Origin: a virus
Lineage: Duplodnaviria > Heunggongvirae > Uroviricota > Caudoviricetes
IMG/VR virus record: IMGVR_UViG_3300033495_000700
Reading direction: 5' to 3' (one strand)
Length of the DNA: 64,000 bases
In this document: positions 55,132 to 64,000 of the stretch, piece after piece
Numbering within the stretch: the first letter of the stretch is position 1
Layout of the letters: each line of letters starts with the position of its first letter
Position numbers and translations under genes: made by a program
The notes under the pieces: model-generated
Databases searched by the model: none
Seen by the model: the letters and a program-made list of their open reading frames with translations, nothing else
Told to the model about the DNA's origin: nothing

Positions 55132-56103
55132 TCAAGCAGTAGTGGTTTCCTCTGGCACCTGCTGGTTGGTGGCAATCACAGTGATTTCCTCTGGCATCGG
55201 CTGGTTGGTGGCAAACACCGTGGCTTCGACTGGTGTTGCGGCGGCTGCTAAATCACTTGCTGTGGGCTGTGGTTCAATCACAATCTGTGTTTGATTAGCT
55301 TGATTGGCTTGATTGGTCAGGGCAATTTGATGCAGATCAGCATACAGCTTGTCCTGTGTTTGATAATCAAACACATAGGTTCCGGTGTGTTTCAACAACA
55401 CACGTTTGTCTACAAATACTTTTCCGCCGATATCACGCCAGTTTTCACAGAATGTCCAGTCTTCACTGTAGTAACGATTTTCACGTACCGCAGTGTCAAA
55501 GTATGTTTTCATGTAAGGATTCAATGCTGGATCTAGCCCAATGTCATTGATAAACGGCTTCACAGCAGGATGTGCATTGAGTTTTTCAAACACATCACGT
55601 TTGATCAACAAGAAACCAGTGCCGGTCTTGGTGACTTCAATCAAGCCGGATGGATCATTTTGATCCGCATCAGGAATACCATTAACACACCATTTGACTG
55701 GCAGTGATTTCATTGGATACAACCCGCCTACAACATCTTTATCATGGTTCAACATGACCAGCAAGTGCCACGGTTCCCAACCAATGTCAGCATCAACAAA
55801 CATCAAGTGTGTTGATCCTTCTGTGTTTAAGAATTTGGCAGTGAGAGTATTTCTAGCACGACTAATCAATGATTCATTGGTCATTGTTTCCACGGTCCAG
55901 TCAAGGCCCAATTGGCGTGCTATATTGGCCCACTTGATATAGCTCATGAATGTGCTTTCAGTCAGTTGCCCACCGTAGCATGGCATACACAGATGAACTC
56001 TTGTGGTCTTTAGATAATCAAGGTTGACTTGAATACTTTGTTGACCAGTTGTTTGGTCCACTGGGGATGCGTTTTGGTAAGGTAATTGTTGTTGGTCTGC
56101 CAT
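55132..56103 (-). CDS. GT-A fold glycosyltransferase (DxD) with a repetitive C-terminal tail
   Basis: HLMFVDADIGWEP (DxD). Tail ...TNQANQANQTQ... and PMPEEITVIATNQQVPEETT. Confidence 0.45.
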   Translation of the reverse strand: MADQQQLPYQNASPVDQTTGQQSIQVNLDYLKTTRVHLCMPCYGGQLTESTFMSYIKWANIARQLGLDWTVETMTNESLISRARNTLTAKFLNTEGSTHLMFVDADIGWEPWHLLVMLNHDKDVVGGLYPMKSLPVKWCVNGIPDADQNDPSGLIEVTKTGTGFLLIKRDVFEKLNAHPAVKPFINDIGLDPALNPYMKTYFDTAVRENRYYSEDWTFCENWRDIGGKVFVDKRVLLKHTGTYVFDYQTQDKLYADLHQIALTNQANQANQTQIVIEPQPTASDLAAAATPVEATVFATNQPMPEEITVIATNQQVPEETTTA

Positions 56104-56159
56104 AAGGCCCTTTCAATGTTGTAGAATATTTAACGGAGTATAGCAGGCAGGTAGAATTT

Positions 56160-56852
56160 CTACGACCTGGCTTCGTCCAAATAATCTTCAACAATGGGCT
56201 GATTGTACTTGCTTTGATAACTGGCCCGCATGCCGCCTTGGCTCATTTGACGTGTGACTTGTTCTGCAACTGCTGTGCCCATAACAGTATCCAACATCCG
56301 GACCACATTTTTTGCCAACTGAGGATTGCTTTGTGTTGCGGGATAAAGGCTCATGACTAATGCAGTTCGTTGGCGTTCCGTCAAGTCAGGCCATGCTGTG
56401 CGTATTTGTGTAGCCGATGTCATACCTGGACCAAACTTCACAACGGGCAAGTAGGTCATGTATGCGTGTTGAGTCATGGGCGCCATACGGTCACTGATGG
56501 GTTGCAGATATGACGGTGTACCGTCACGTTTCACACCACCCGGCTGCGGAGGCTTCGTGGCGTCTTTTTCACTGCGAGCAAAGATCAACTGAGTATCGGC
56601 AGGATTGTAATTTTTTGTTATTTCTTCTGCACGAAATGGACTCTTGACTTGATAGAAGTCTCCAGGAGAAACTCCGGCCAACTGTGCTAGTTTTTCTTTT
56701 AGTTTAAACGGGAATGGCCGATTTGAAGTGTCGTTGGTTGCAGCCACTTTGACATCAGCATTGGGAAATGCTCGTTGAGCAGATTTATACAGTGCTAAAT
56801 GGCCGGGGTGAAAAGGGTGTGCGCCCATTGGTAATACTACTAAAGTTTTCAT
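56160..56852 (-). CDS. HxGH-motif nucleotidyltransferase (cytidylyltransferase-like / NMNAT-like)
   Basis: KTLVVLPMGAHPFHPGHLALY matches the (T/H)xGH signature. Start taken at ATG 56852. Confidence 0.5.
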   Translation of the reverse strand: MKTLVVLPMGAHPFHPGHLALYKSAQRAFPNADVKVAATNDTSNRPFPFKLKEKLAQLAGVSPGDFYQVKSPFRAEEITKNYNPADTQLIFARSEKDATKPPQPGGVKRDGTPSYLQPISDRMAPMTQHAYMTYLPVVKFGPGMTSATQIRTAWPDLTERQRTALVMSLYPATQSNPQLAKNVVRMLDTVMGTAVAEQVTRQMSQGGMRASYQSKYNQPIVEDYLDEARS

Positions 56853-56923
56853 GCATATATTTATAAATAAAGGTGTAGTTCGCAATACTGCAAATATCTA
56901 ACTACTATACAAGTGGCAGGAAT

Positions 56924-57301
56924 TCAATAGGCAGCTTGCACAGTTTCAATCACACCGTCGCGAAAGTTGGTGATCACTGCTCGCAACCAAGTGAAATTGC
57001 CTACCACGGCTTGTATGTAAGTATCTGTAATGGTGCTGGAATCAGCTGAACTACCATCGCCATATGCCGCTATGTCAAACCAACGTGATTCGGCAGGGTC
57101 ATTGTCCAGTGTGGCCTGGATTGAAACTTCACCTTGTACACCACGAAATACCCAACGTAGTGTTTGAATACCTCCACGCCCAAGATAGTAGTTGGCGGCC
57201 TTTTGTGGGTCACCTATAAAGTCCTCACTAGAACCGTCATAGTTGCCCGATGGCACACCATACTCTGTATAGGGCACGAGCGTGACGGTGGTAATGGCCA
57301 T
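56924..57301 (-). CDS. hypothetical protein
   Basis: 125-aa ORF. Confidence 0.4.
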   Translation of the reverse strand: MAITTVTLVPYTEYGVPSGNYDGSSEDFIGDPQKAANYYLGRGGIQTLRWVFRGVQGEVSIQATLDNDPAESRWFDIAAYGDGSSADSSTITDTYIQAVVGNFTWLRAVITNFRDGVIETVQAAY

Positions 57302-57466
57302 TATGCTCGTTCCACTTCAACAACAATTCCGCTGCCCACCAGTTCTTCAGCAACTGATGCAAGTGCAGACAGCACATCGTCGGTGGCCACTGTATCTGGA
57401 GTGGTATTATCTTTGACCAATTTTGATAGCTTGATCACAACTATTTCTTCGAATATTTTTGCCATG
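57302..57466 (-). CDS. small acidic protein (54 aa), not in ORF track
   Basis: Translation MAKIFEEIVVIKLSKLVKDNTTPDTVATDDVLSALASVAEELVGSGIVVEVERA*. Confidence 0.3.
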
Positions 57467-57472
57467 CTGTAT

Positions 57473-58168
57473 TTATGGTCGTTTTTGCACTTGTACAGTT
57501 TTGCGAGTCAGCCCCGGGCATACTATTGCCAACATGGTAAGATGTTTGAGATCATGGTGTTCTACAAAATAATGCTCTCGGCTCCATGCCGAATACGGAG
57601 ATGCTTTACCCCATCCAAGACCTTGTGTGATAGTAGTATCAGTAAACCATCTTTCAGTAACAGGACTGGCCACAAGATCCGGAGTCTGATGGCTGATCCA
57701 GTTCCACACTGCTTGTTTTTTATCTCTAGATAATCTCTTTTCCTTGAGATAAGTTCTATATGGATATTTGGGTTGATTGATCAACATGATCACATCCTTA
57801 GGATACGCCAGCACTGCTTGTTTAGCACTGGATTCTGTTGGATAATTTCTAAACAGCGTATCGACATCTTTGATGTCATTGGTGTAAATATGAAAAGTAT
57901 TGTACCCATATGTGCGGTGAATAAATTTACTATCCAGAGTTTCTAATACATCCACCGCATGCAGTATGTTTTGTTTGGTCAAATCTGATGTCAATTGGGA
58001 CCCAATTGACGACTTATATTGATCACGTTTACGTATACGTTCCAGGATCATTGGGCGAGAAAGACTACTCAACAACCAAGCATCATCAATATGTAGACTT
58101 ACCACATATTCATACTTGCCAAAATAAAGTGATCCGCGTGGTTCACACTGCCATTGAGGTAGTAACAT
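57473..58168 (-). CDS. hypothetical protein
   Basis: 231-aa ORF. Confidence 0.4.
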   Translation of the reverse strand: MLLPQWQCEPRGSLYFGKYEYVVSLHIDDAWLLSSLSRPMILERIRKRDQYKSSIGSQLTSDLTKQNILHAVDVLETLDSKFIHRTYGYNTFHIYTNDIKDVDTLFRNYPTESSAKQAVLAYPKDVIMLINQPKYPYRTYLKEKRLSRDKKQAVWNWISHQTPDLVASPVTERWFTDTTITQGLGWGKASPYSAWSREHYFVEHHDLKHLTMLAIVCPGLTRKTVQVQKRP

Positions 58169-59339
58169 GCTGTGGTGCCTTTAGTTCAAATACAATTTTA
58201 TCCGCCTGCAATTCTACATTCAATGCACAATCAGTCAGCTGTTCAAACAAGATTCGTCTGCTTAATGGTACACGAATCAATTCATCAATTTTGCGATTCA
58301 ACGGACGAGCACCCATCTTGCTGTCGTAGCCTTGTTCTGCCAACAATTCAATCACAGGCTCCGAGAAAAACAATCGGATATTCTTTTCTGCCACACTAGA
58401 TTTCAGTTGGTCCAAGAACTTCACAACAATCTTCTTGATAGCCAGTGTATCCAACTTGGTAAACTTGCAAATTTTGTCAATACGATTACGTAGCTCTGGG
58501 CGGAAGAACTCTTTCATTGCACGATCTTCTTCGCCAGATTTCTCTAAGTCAGTACTGAATCCAATGTTGTTGTTTTCATTGTCTCTGGCACCCAGGTTAG
58601 ATGTCATGATAATAATGGTGTTTTTGCAGTCTACTCGTTTGCCATTTGCACCTGTCACATGTCCTTCATCCAGCATCTGCAGCAGGATATTGGTAACATC
58701 TGAATGTGCTTTTTCAATTTCATCAAACAAGATCACAGAGAATGGATGTTTACTTAGGTCACTGATAAGTTTTCCGCCGCCTACATTACCATCTTCAAAT
58801 CCCACATATCCTGGAGGTGCACCGATCAAACTGCTGACAGAAAACTTCTCTTGGAACTCACTCATGTCATAGCGTAACAAGTGCATGTCCAAATTTTCAC
58901 TCAATAGCTTGGCTAATTCTGTATTGTGATGAATAATACCGTTTGATGTTTGATACAAGTGGGTCGGAGAATCTACACTTAAATCATAGAATACTGTGTC
59001 GTTGATAGATTCAATGTTGGTCACTTGAATTTTTTCGCCATTGGCTGTGATGATGCATTCTCCAATGATAAGTTCATTTAGAAAAACACAAGTTGTTCCA
59101 CCGTCAATTGAAATTCGATGGTTCCTAGCAGCTTTGACTATGCTACCGTTACTAAAAGTAATTTGTAGTCCGATATCATTTTTAGTGACAGCAGCATTGA
59201 TTCTGACCCAGTTGTTTTTTTCATCTTTGATTTTTAATTCAGAATTAAGGAATTGTTCTTGTTCCGGAATAAAATTAAGTTTTTCGTATTGCTCAAGTAT
59301 GGCAAAGAGTTTGCCAATTGGTAATGTTTGTTCGATCAT
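58143..59339 (-). CDS. ClpA/ClpB-like ATPase C-terminal fragment: large split-intein C-half (139 aa) followed by the rest of AAA+ D2
   Basis: ...VFYDLSVDSPTHLYQTSNGIIHHN|TELAKLLSENL...GAPPGYVGFEDGN...ILFDEIEKAH...LLQMLDEGHVTG...IIIMTSNLGA. The extein resumes exactly at the T of GPTGxGKT. TAGGAGA RBS. Confidence 0.8.
   Translation of the reverse strand: MIEQTLPIGKLFAILEQYEKLNFIPEQEQFLNSELKIKDEKNNWVRINAAVTKNDIGLQITFSNGSIVKAARNHRISIDGGTTCVFLNELIIGECIITANGEKIQVTNIESINDTVFYDLSVDSPTHLYQTSNGIIHHNTELAKLLSENLDMHLLRYDMSEFQEKFSVSSLIGAPPGYVGFEDGNVGGGKLISDLSKHPFSVILFDEIEKAHSDVTNILLQMLDEGHVTGANGKRVDCKNTIIIMTSNLGARDNENNNIGFSTDLEKSGEEDRAMKEFFRPELRNRIDKICKFTKLDTLAIKKIVVKFLDQLKSSVAEKNIRLFFSEPVIELLAEQGYDSKMGARPLNRKIDELIRVPLSRRILFEQLTDCALNVELQADKIVFELKAPQHVTTSMAV
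58923..59339 (-). other. atypical split intein, large C-terminal half (IntC, 139 aa) ending HHN|T
   Basis: Blocks F/G VFYDLSVDSPTHLYQTSNGIIHHN. Preceded by a 113-nt spacer with a hairpin. Confidence 0.7.
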
Positions 59340-59452
59340 CTGAGTCTCCTATTAGGTAAAGTATCTACGTATGTATTATGCTGGGTGGATTGTGTTTGAA
59401 ATGTACTCGTCGGAAGTAATAAGCACTCGTCAAGTGCTTATTGAACATCTAG

Positions 59453-61021
59453 CTAGATTAGGTTATATTCTTTAGCAAACTTATACATATCGTTGGTCAT
59501 CTGTACAGTTACTTCTTGGTCGTGGGCTAAACATTTACCTGTGCCAGTTGGGCCCAGGAACAAGAAACTTGCCATGGGCTTGCCTTGTGTACCAATTCCA
59601 GAGAAGTTGATGTACACACGTTCCAGTACTGAGTCCACGGCTTGTTCTTGTCCATAGAGCTTTTGTTTGATGTTGCTTTCTAGATCCACAATCTTCAAAC
59701 TGCGTTCATTTTGCAGTCTGTCAGTGGGCACGCCAGTTACCCGTGCCACTTGTTCTTCAATCATGCTTTTGTTCACAGTGACTAGACCTGCATCTTTAAC
59801 ACGTTCTCTAGCACAGGCAGCATCCAGCAAGTCAATGCTTTTGTCTGGATTCTTCTTGTCATGAATATATCGAGCAGCAAGATCCACAGCAGCAGTCATG
59901 GCTTCTGTGTCAATCAGCACATTGTGGAATGTTTCCAAGCGTGGGCTTAGTCCAATTAGAATTTTTTCTGTGGTGTCACGATCTGGTTCATCAATGCTGA
60001 GACGATAGAATCGACGCATGAGTGCTCGATCTTTCTCAAATGATTCGTAGTATTCTTCCCAAGTTGTGCTGGCAATAACTTTCAAATGGCCTTTGGTAAT
60101 TGCTGGTTTCAGCATGTTGGCAAAGTCCAAGCTACCAGAACTACCTGCTCCTGCACCTTTCATGGTGTGTGCTTCGTCCACAAACAAGATACACTTTTTC
60201 TTGGCTTCCAGTGCAGAGATCACTGCCTTGAACTTTTCTTCAAAGTCGCCGCGATATTTAGATCCTGCTACCAAACTGCCAATTTCCAGACTCCATATTT
60301 CGTGATCTTTGAGGAACTCAGGCACACGATTTTGTGCAATTTCCTGTGCAAGGCCTTCAATGATAGCAGTTTTGCCCACACCAGGATCACCCACCATGAG
60401 TACATTGGCTTTGAAACGACGTGCCAGCACAGCAATCATTTCGTCTAATTCTTTTGAACGACCAATCAACGGCTCCAGTTGGTCAGCAGAGGCCATTGCA
60501 CTTAGACTGGTACAATATTCTTCCAACACTTCAGTAGCTTGTTGATGATTCATACCTGCGGCTGCTCGTTCTGACTTGTAGTTCCTGGTCCAAAAATCCA
60601 CAAATTCAGCTTTGTGTACGCCGTATTTCAACAAGAAGTAGTGTGCATTGCTGTTGGTCTCACCCATGATGGCCAAGTACAAGTCAATGGTCACAACTTG
60701 TCTACGTCCTGTAAACAACACCTGAGTCAGCGCACGATTAAACACTCGTTCCAATGCAGCGGTCTTGCGTGGAGTTAAATCTTCTCCAGCGCGAATCAGA
60801 CTTTGTAGGCTGTCCAGATAGCCACACAGTTCAGTTTCCAACATGGCCACGTCACAGCCATATTTGGCTAGAGTTTTTCTAAATGAATCATGTCTTACTA
60901 GACTCAACAGTAAATGTTCTGTTAGAACATACTCATGATGCCAGGTACGTGCAATCTGCACCGCACCTTCAATGATGGCGTCAATTTCGGGATTGTCTTG
61001 AATTTGGTTTGAATTGCTCAT
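59453..61021 (-). CDS. ClpA-like ATPase N-terminal fragment (N domain, AAA+ D1, start of D2 through the P-loop GPTGTGK) plus short split-intein N-half
   Basis: VLMVGDPGVGKTAIIEGLAQ (D1 Walker A), ILFVDEAH (Walker B), FLFLGPTGTGK then CLAHDQEVTVQMTNDMYKFAKEYNLI*. Confidence 0.8.
   Translation of the reverse strand: MSNSNQIQDNPEIDAIIEGAVQIARTWHHEYVLTEHLLLSLVRHDSFRKTLAKYGCDVAMLETELCGYLDSLQSLIRAGEDLTPRKTAALERVFNRALTQVLFTGRRQVVTIDLYLAIMGETNSNAHYFLLKYGVHKAEFVDFWTRNYKSERAAAGMNHQQATEVLEEYCTSLSAMASADQLEPLIGRSKELDEMIAVLARRFKANVLMVGDPGVGKTAIIEGLAQEIAQNRVPEFLKDHEIWSLEIGSLVAGSKYRGDFEEKFKAVISALEAKKKCILFVDEAHTMKGAGAGSSGSLDFANMLKPAITKGHLKVIASTTWEEYYESFEKDRALMRRFYRLSIDEPDRDTTEKILIGLSPRLETFHNVLIDTEAMTAAVDLAARYIHDKKNPDKSIDLLDAACARERVKDAGLVTVNKSMIEEQVARVTGVPTDRLQNERSLKIVDLESNIKQKLYGQEQAVDSVLERVYINFSGIGTQGKPMASFLFLGPTGTGKCLAHDQEVTVQMTNDMYKFAKEYNLI
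59456..59533 (-). other. atypical split intein, short N-terminal half (IntN, 26 aa, Cys1)
   Basis: CLAHDQEVTV... lies directly after the Walker A Lys. Compare 25-aa IntN fragments of AceL/GOS TerL-type atypical split inteins. Confidence 0.65.
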
Positions 61022-61069
61022 GTGGATAGTATACTATAGATCTCTCTAGGAGATCAACCTTTCACATAC

Positions 61070-61852
61070 TTATTCGGCAGATTCCTGCTGTATAGCAGCC
61101 ATTAATTCTGGAGAGATCCTGGCAGGCAATCTGGCCTGCACTCGTACCAACATATCTCCCAGTTGTCCATTTCGATCAGGTAATCCACGACCTCTGGCAC
61201 GCAACATACTGTTGGGATTTGTGTTGGGTGGTATACTGAGTTCAATTCGATTGCCACGTATGTCCAACATGGGCACATCGCCTCCAGTTATCAATCGCCA
61301 AACACACACAGTGATTTGGGTATGTGCATTGTTGTCCACTCGTTGCCATGTTCGATCTGGATGTACACGGAATGTGATCACAATATCCTGCCCATTGGGA
61401 CCAATATTGGGGTATTGCACATTGTCCCCATCTGCGATGCCGTTGGGTATGGTGATTTCAATATTGTGTGTGCCTGTATTTGTGCCAAGAGAAACCACTC
61501 TAGACCCCGGGGCAGCCACATCTTGTATGGTTATCCACAAGGTCATTCTGGCATGACCACGCTGAGGCTGCTGCTGAAATTTGGTTCCAAACATGTTGAA
61601 GATTTCGTTGAAATCAAAGTTATGATGAAATCCCCCACCTCCAAATGAATGTTGTGGCTGCGGGTTATTATAAGCTGCACGTTTTTGTTCGTCGCCCAGA
61701 GTTTCGTAAGCCGCTTGAATCTCTTGAAATTTTGTTGTGTCACCACCTGCTCTATCGGGGTGGTGCTGCGACGCTAGTTTTCTAAACGCACGTTTTATTT
61801 CATCAGCGGAGGCTGTGCGGGCCACGCCCAGGGTAGCATAGTGATCAGTCAT
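61070..61852 (-). CDS. DnaJ-family co-chaperone (J domain with HPD)
   Basis: DHYATLGVARTASADEIKRAFRKLASQHHPDRAGGD...FQEIQAAYETLGDEQKRAAYN. Confidence 0.85.
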   Translation of the reverse strand: MTDHYATLGVARTASADEIKRAFRKLASQHHPDRAGGDTTKFQEIQAAYETLGDEQKRAAYNNPQPQHSFGGGGFHHNFDFNEIFNMFGTKFQQQPQRGHARMTLWITIQDVAAPGSRVVSLGTNTGTHNIEITIPNGIADGDNVQYPNIGPNGQDIVITFRVHPDRTWQRVDNNAHTQITVCVWRLITGGDVPMLDIRGNRIELSIPPNTNPNSMLRARGRGLPDRNGQLGDMLVRVQARLPARISPELMAAIQQESAE

Positions 61853-61880
61853 TGTGTGTAGTTATACACTCAGCACAGGA

Positions 61881-62090
61881 TCATTTCTTTTCAGGAACCC
61901 GAGTACCTTCTAGTTTTTCATGTTTCTTCATGTTTTTGCAATTTTGTTTTACTTTGCCTTTGTCATCCTTGACTGGCGTTCCACTGCGGTCTTTAACATC
62001 CACGCAAACCCTTACGGTTTCTTTGGCCGCTTCGGCAATTGCAAATTGACTACTCAGAGCCAGTGACAGTGCGATCAACAGTTTTTCCAT
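61881..62090 (-). CDS. small secreted protein (signal peptide)
   Basis: MEKLLIALSLALSSQFAIAEA signal-like N-terminus. K-rich. Confidence 0.4.
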   Translation of the reverse strand: MEKLLIALSLALSSQFAIAEAAKETVRVCVDVKDRSGTPVKDDKGKVKQNCKNMKKHEKLEGTRVPEKK

Positions 62091-62164
62091 GTTACTTTCC
62101 TACCTTTTGATTTGGTTGTTTTAGCTTTTCTTCGTGAATGCTGATGTGTGTGTGGGCCATGATA

Positions 62165-62731
62165 TTATCTTTCTGGGAATGGTGGAATTATCGGAGCTGA
62201 TTTGCCGCCCCATCCAGTGACAACTTCTGCAGGGCCAGCCGCTGGTGTCCCAAATCCTGTATTTCCGCCAAAACTCGAGAACGAAGGTGCGCCTCCAAAG
62301 CTGCTTCCGCTGCCCAGGGATTGTGACCCCCAGGACTGATTAACAGCGGTTGATGTTGGTGCACCAAACATACCAGGGTTGGACTGTGCCACTGGTGCAG
62401 GCGGCATGTATGTTGTTCCTGCATTGGTGGGTAAAGAAATTCCTCCATTATTGGCTCCTCCAAGTTTTTCTTGTGTACGACCGTAAGCTGCAATGCCTAA
62501 CACCGCACCCATGGCAATGTGATATAGTCCGGCACCTTGTAGAGTCAACGGCTGCCATTGTGTTTGTACACTGCCATGAAATAAACTCTGTGTCAAGCTC
62601 CAAAGAATTGGTGCTAACACAAAATCAAATATACAGGTAATCATATATGTCCACCCCATCATCGGACGCCATTTGGAGTTCATCCAATCTTCGTTTTTCT
62701 TTACACTCTCGCTTTTAACTTCTTTTGCCAT
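62165..62731 (-). CDS. membrane protein, holin candidate, with Gly/Ser/Phe-rich C-terminal tail
   Basis: N-terminal TM segments (WTYMITCIFDFVLAPILWSL; AMGAVLGIAAYG). Tail SFGGAPSFSSFGGNTGFGTP. Immediately upstream of the endolysin. Confidence 0.4.
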   Translation of the reverse strand: MAKEVKSESVKKNEDWMNSKWRPMMGWTYMITCIFDFVLAPILWSLTQSLFHGSVQTQWQPLTLQGAGLYHIAMGAVLGIAAYGRTQEKLGGANNGGISLPTNAGTTYMPPAPVAQSNPGMFGAPTSTAVNQSWGSQSLGSGSSFGGAPSFSSFGGNTGFGTPAAGPAEVVTGWGGKSAPIIPPFPER

Positions 62732-62732
62732 A

Positions 62733-63353
62733 TTATACTCCCATCACATGCAATGCATGTTCATAATGGCGGATACGATCTTCTATTCCAATAAATCCAC
62801 CATTTATTGCTCTGGTGAGCCCTTTTATATCTCCTGCGTCGGCAAATCTATTCAAGTTGTTGGTTTCCCAAAACCAGCAAGCCGATTGTGCTGCACCTTC
62901 AAATGTGGCCAAATATTCACTGGCCTCTTCTACTGGAATCTCCAAACTACCAGCAAAGAATGTGTAGTTGTCACGACCTGTTAGTTGTATTAATCCACGA
63001 CCGCAGAAACGATATCCATCGCCACTGGCCTCGTCACCGTTGCCCATGCGATTAGCATATACTCTGTTGGCAATTTTTTCAGGTTTATTTGCATAAGCTG
63101 CTGCAATGGCATCATCGGCAAAATACTTGGCAAACGTTTTTCTTAGGCTAGCAGCACGATAGTTAAGATTTTCTTTGACAAAAACAAAATTGCCTGACTC
63201 ATGTGCGCATTGGGCAATAAAAGCAGAAACCCTGGCAGGTGTGTTGATATCATAATCAGGCAACAGTTGATCAATGGCTTCGTACCATTGATCAATGTAC
63301 GGATTTTTAACCATCTGTTTTAGTTGACTTAGTGACAATATTGAATTGCTCAT
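62733..63353 (-). CDS. endolysin, glycoside hydrolase family 19 (chitinase-like lysozyme)
   Basis: AFIAQCAHESGNF...GRGLIQLTGRDNY GH19 catalytic motifs. Confidence 0.8.
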   Translation of the reverse strand: MSNSILSLSQLKQMVKNPYIDQWYEAIDQLLPDYDINTPARVSAFIAQCAHESGNFVFVKENLNYRAASLRKTFAKYFADDAIAAAYANKPEKIANRVYANRMGNGDEASGDGYRFCGRGLIQLTGRDNYTFFAGSLEIPVEEASEYLATFEGAAQSACWFWETNNLNRFADAGDIKGLTRAINGGFIGIEDRIRHYEHALHVMGV

Positions 63354-63613
63354 TTTATGTTATCCCATATTTTCTTTTGTTTCACATACCATTCTTGCCA
63401 AGCTGAGTTCTTGGCTGAACATTCGTGATATGTTGTGTAGTTTTCCGTCACTGTTTTTACAAAATCTACTATGCTGACCTGTTCTCCAGAAATGATTTTT
63501 AGATCAGCACAGCGTTCCATTAACACTTCTGGTGCTGCTGGAAACTCAGCAACAACTGGCACCGATGTGCAAGCCGACAACCACATGATCAATGAGATTA
63601 CAATATATTTCAT
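63350..63613 (-). CDS. o-spanin (outer-membrane lipoprotein, Rz1-like)
   Basis: MKYIVISLIMWLSAC lipobox. 87 aa, overlaps the endolysin start. Confidence 0.6.
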   Translation of the reverse strand: MKYIVISLIMWLSACTSVPVVAEFPAAPEVLMERCADLKIISGEQVSIVDFVKTVTENYTTYHECSAKNSAWQEWYVKQKKIWDNIK

Positions 63614-63987
63614 TTGTTTTTGTCAATGGGTTGATTTAGTGCTGCCGCATTGTGCGTGTTGATAATGACTGCAGGTATAGGACAATTTTCCACATATTTA
63701 ATTACCTCTTGATTGCGAATCACTTCTCTGTCTATGTAGCTCACAATGTCCTGGCCTTTCTCGCGTATGATTTTGGTGTTGGTTACCAGCTTGGTTACCA
63801 CTTGCGTATTGGTTTCTGCACTGAGTTTTTGTGCTGCTGCTACTTTTTTTTCTGCTTCACGCACACGTTCTCGCCAGGCTATTTCTGTTGAATATCCACC
63901 TTTGAAATAAACACCCGTGGTCAACAGCACTATGCCCGCGATCTGCACAGGTATTCTATAGGTGTTTACAAACGGAATAAACTTCAC
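63610..63987 (-). CDS. i-spanin (Rz-like; N-terminal TM plus coiled coil)
   Basis: N-terminal TM segment IAGIVLLTTGVYF, then a charged helical region. Overlaps the o-spanin start. Confidence 0.55.
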   Translation of the reverse strand: MKFIPFVNTYRIPVQIAGIVLLTTGVYFKGGYSTEIAWRERVREAEKKVAAAQKLSAETNTQVVTKLVTNTKIIREKGQDIVSYIDREVIRNQEVIKYVENCPIPAVIINTHNAAALNQPIDKNK

Positions 63988-64000
63988 AAAAAAGCCGGCC

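Overview
This window looks like part of a T4-like (Tevenvirinae-style) myophage genome. Almost every gene is on the minus strand, tightly packed and often joined by ATGA/TAAATG stop-start overlaps. ORF coordinates below include the stop codon, and some ORF-track 'M' starts are GTG/TTG.

Region map:
- 1-16.4 kb: early-type region. Many small ORFs, each preceded by a sigma70-like promoter built on TTGAC(C/G)-N17-TATAAT (11 copies found). It includes a 7-member paralogous family of small proteins whose conserved C-terminus is ...KHFGVE*, a GIY-YIG homing endonuclease, a T4-like RNA-repair set (Pnk-like kinase, calcineurin-like phosphoesterase, Rnl1-like ligase), an HD-domain (p)ppGpp-hydrolase-like protein, a MazG-like protein, RNase H, an SPFH lipoprotein and a tRNA-Met(CAU) with its own promoter.
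- 16.4-29.8 kb: one long minus-strand cluster. It mixes 7-deazaguanine DNA-modification genes (FolE, QueD, a QueE-like radical-SAM protein, and a DpdA/TGT-like DNA transglycosylase carrying the DSGGFQ motif) with a deoxy-sugar pathway (GDP-mannose 4,6-dehydratase, SDR reductase, two cupins, a sugar C-methyltransferase, GalE-like epimerase, GT2 and GT-B glycosyltransferases, a HIT protein).
- 29.7-35.4 kb: sliding-clamp-like protein and a T4 gp43-type family B DNA polymerase encoded in three pieces. A 1.45-kb insertion carrying a Vsr/DUF559-type homing endonuclease (probably a group I intron) sits in motif B. A naturally split intein sits exactly in motif C (YGD|TDS).
- 36-55 kb: virion or ejected-protein region.
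  - A 1261-aa protein with an internal ~0.5-kb duplication, a GNAT-like segment and at least 9 'QGVAEG' linkers that fit a prohead-protease phi-x-E|G cleavage site.
  - A run of at least 11 consecutive genes whose products begin with a T4 capsid-targeting-sequence-like motif M(K/R)xxEF(I/L)xE. They include LysM-lysozyme, a PG-binding protein, a GNAT and Cys-module proteins.
  - A 1753-aa multidomain protein (nucleotidyltransferase, HExxH, cytidine-deaminase-like, kinase) whose kinase domain is cut by an in-frame TAG followed by an open in-frame continuation.
- 55-64 kb: a GT-A glycosyltransferase, an HxGH nucleotidyltransferase and a ClpA-like two-AAA+-domain ATPase. The ClpA-like gene is split in its D2 Walker A loop by an atypical split intein (short 26-aa N part, 139-aa C part). 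Also DnaJ and a lysis cassette (membrane/holin candidate, GH19 endolysin, o- and i-spanin).
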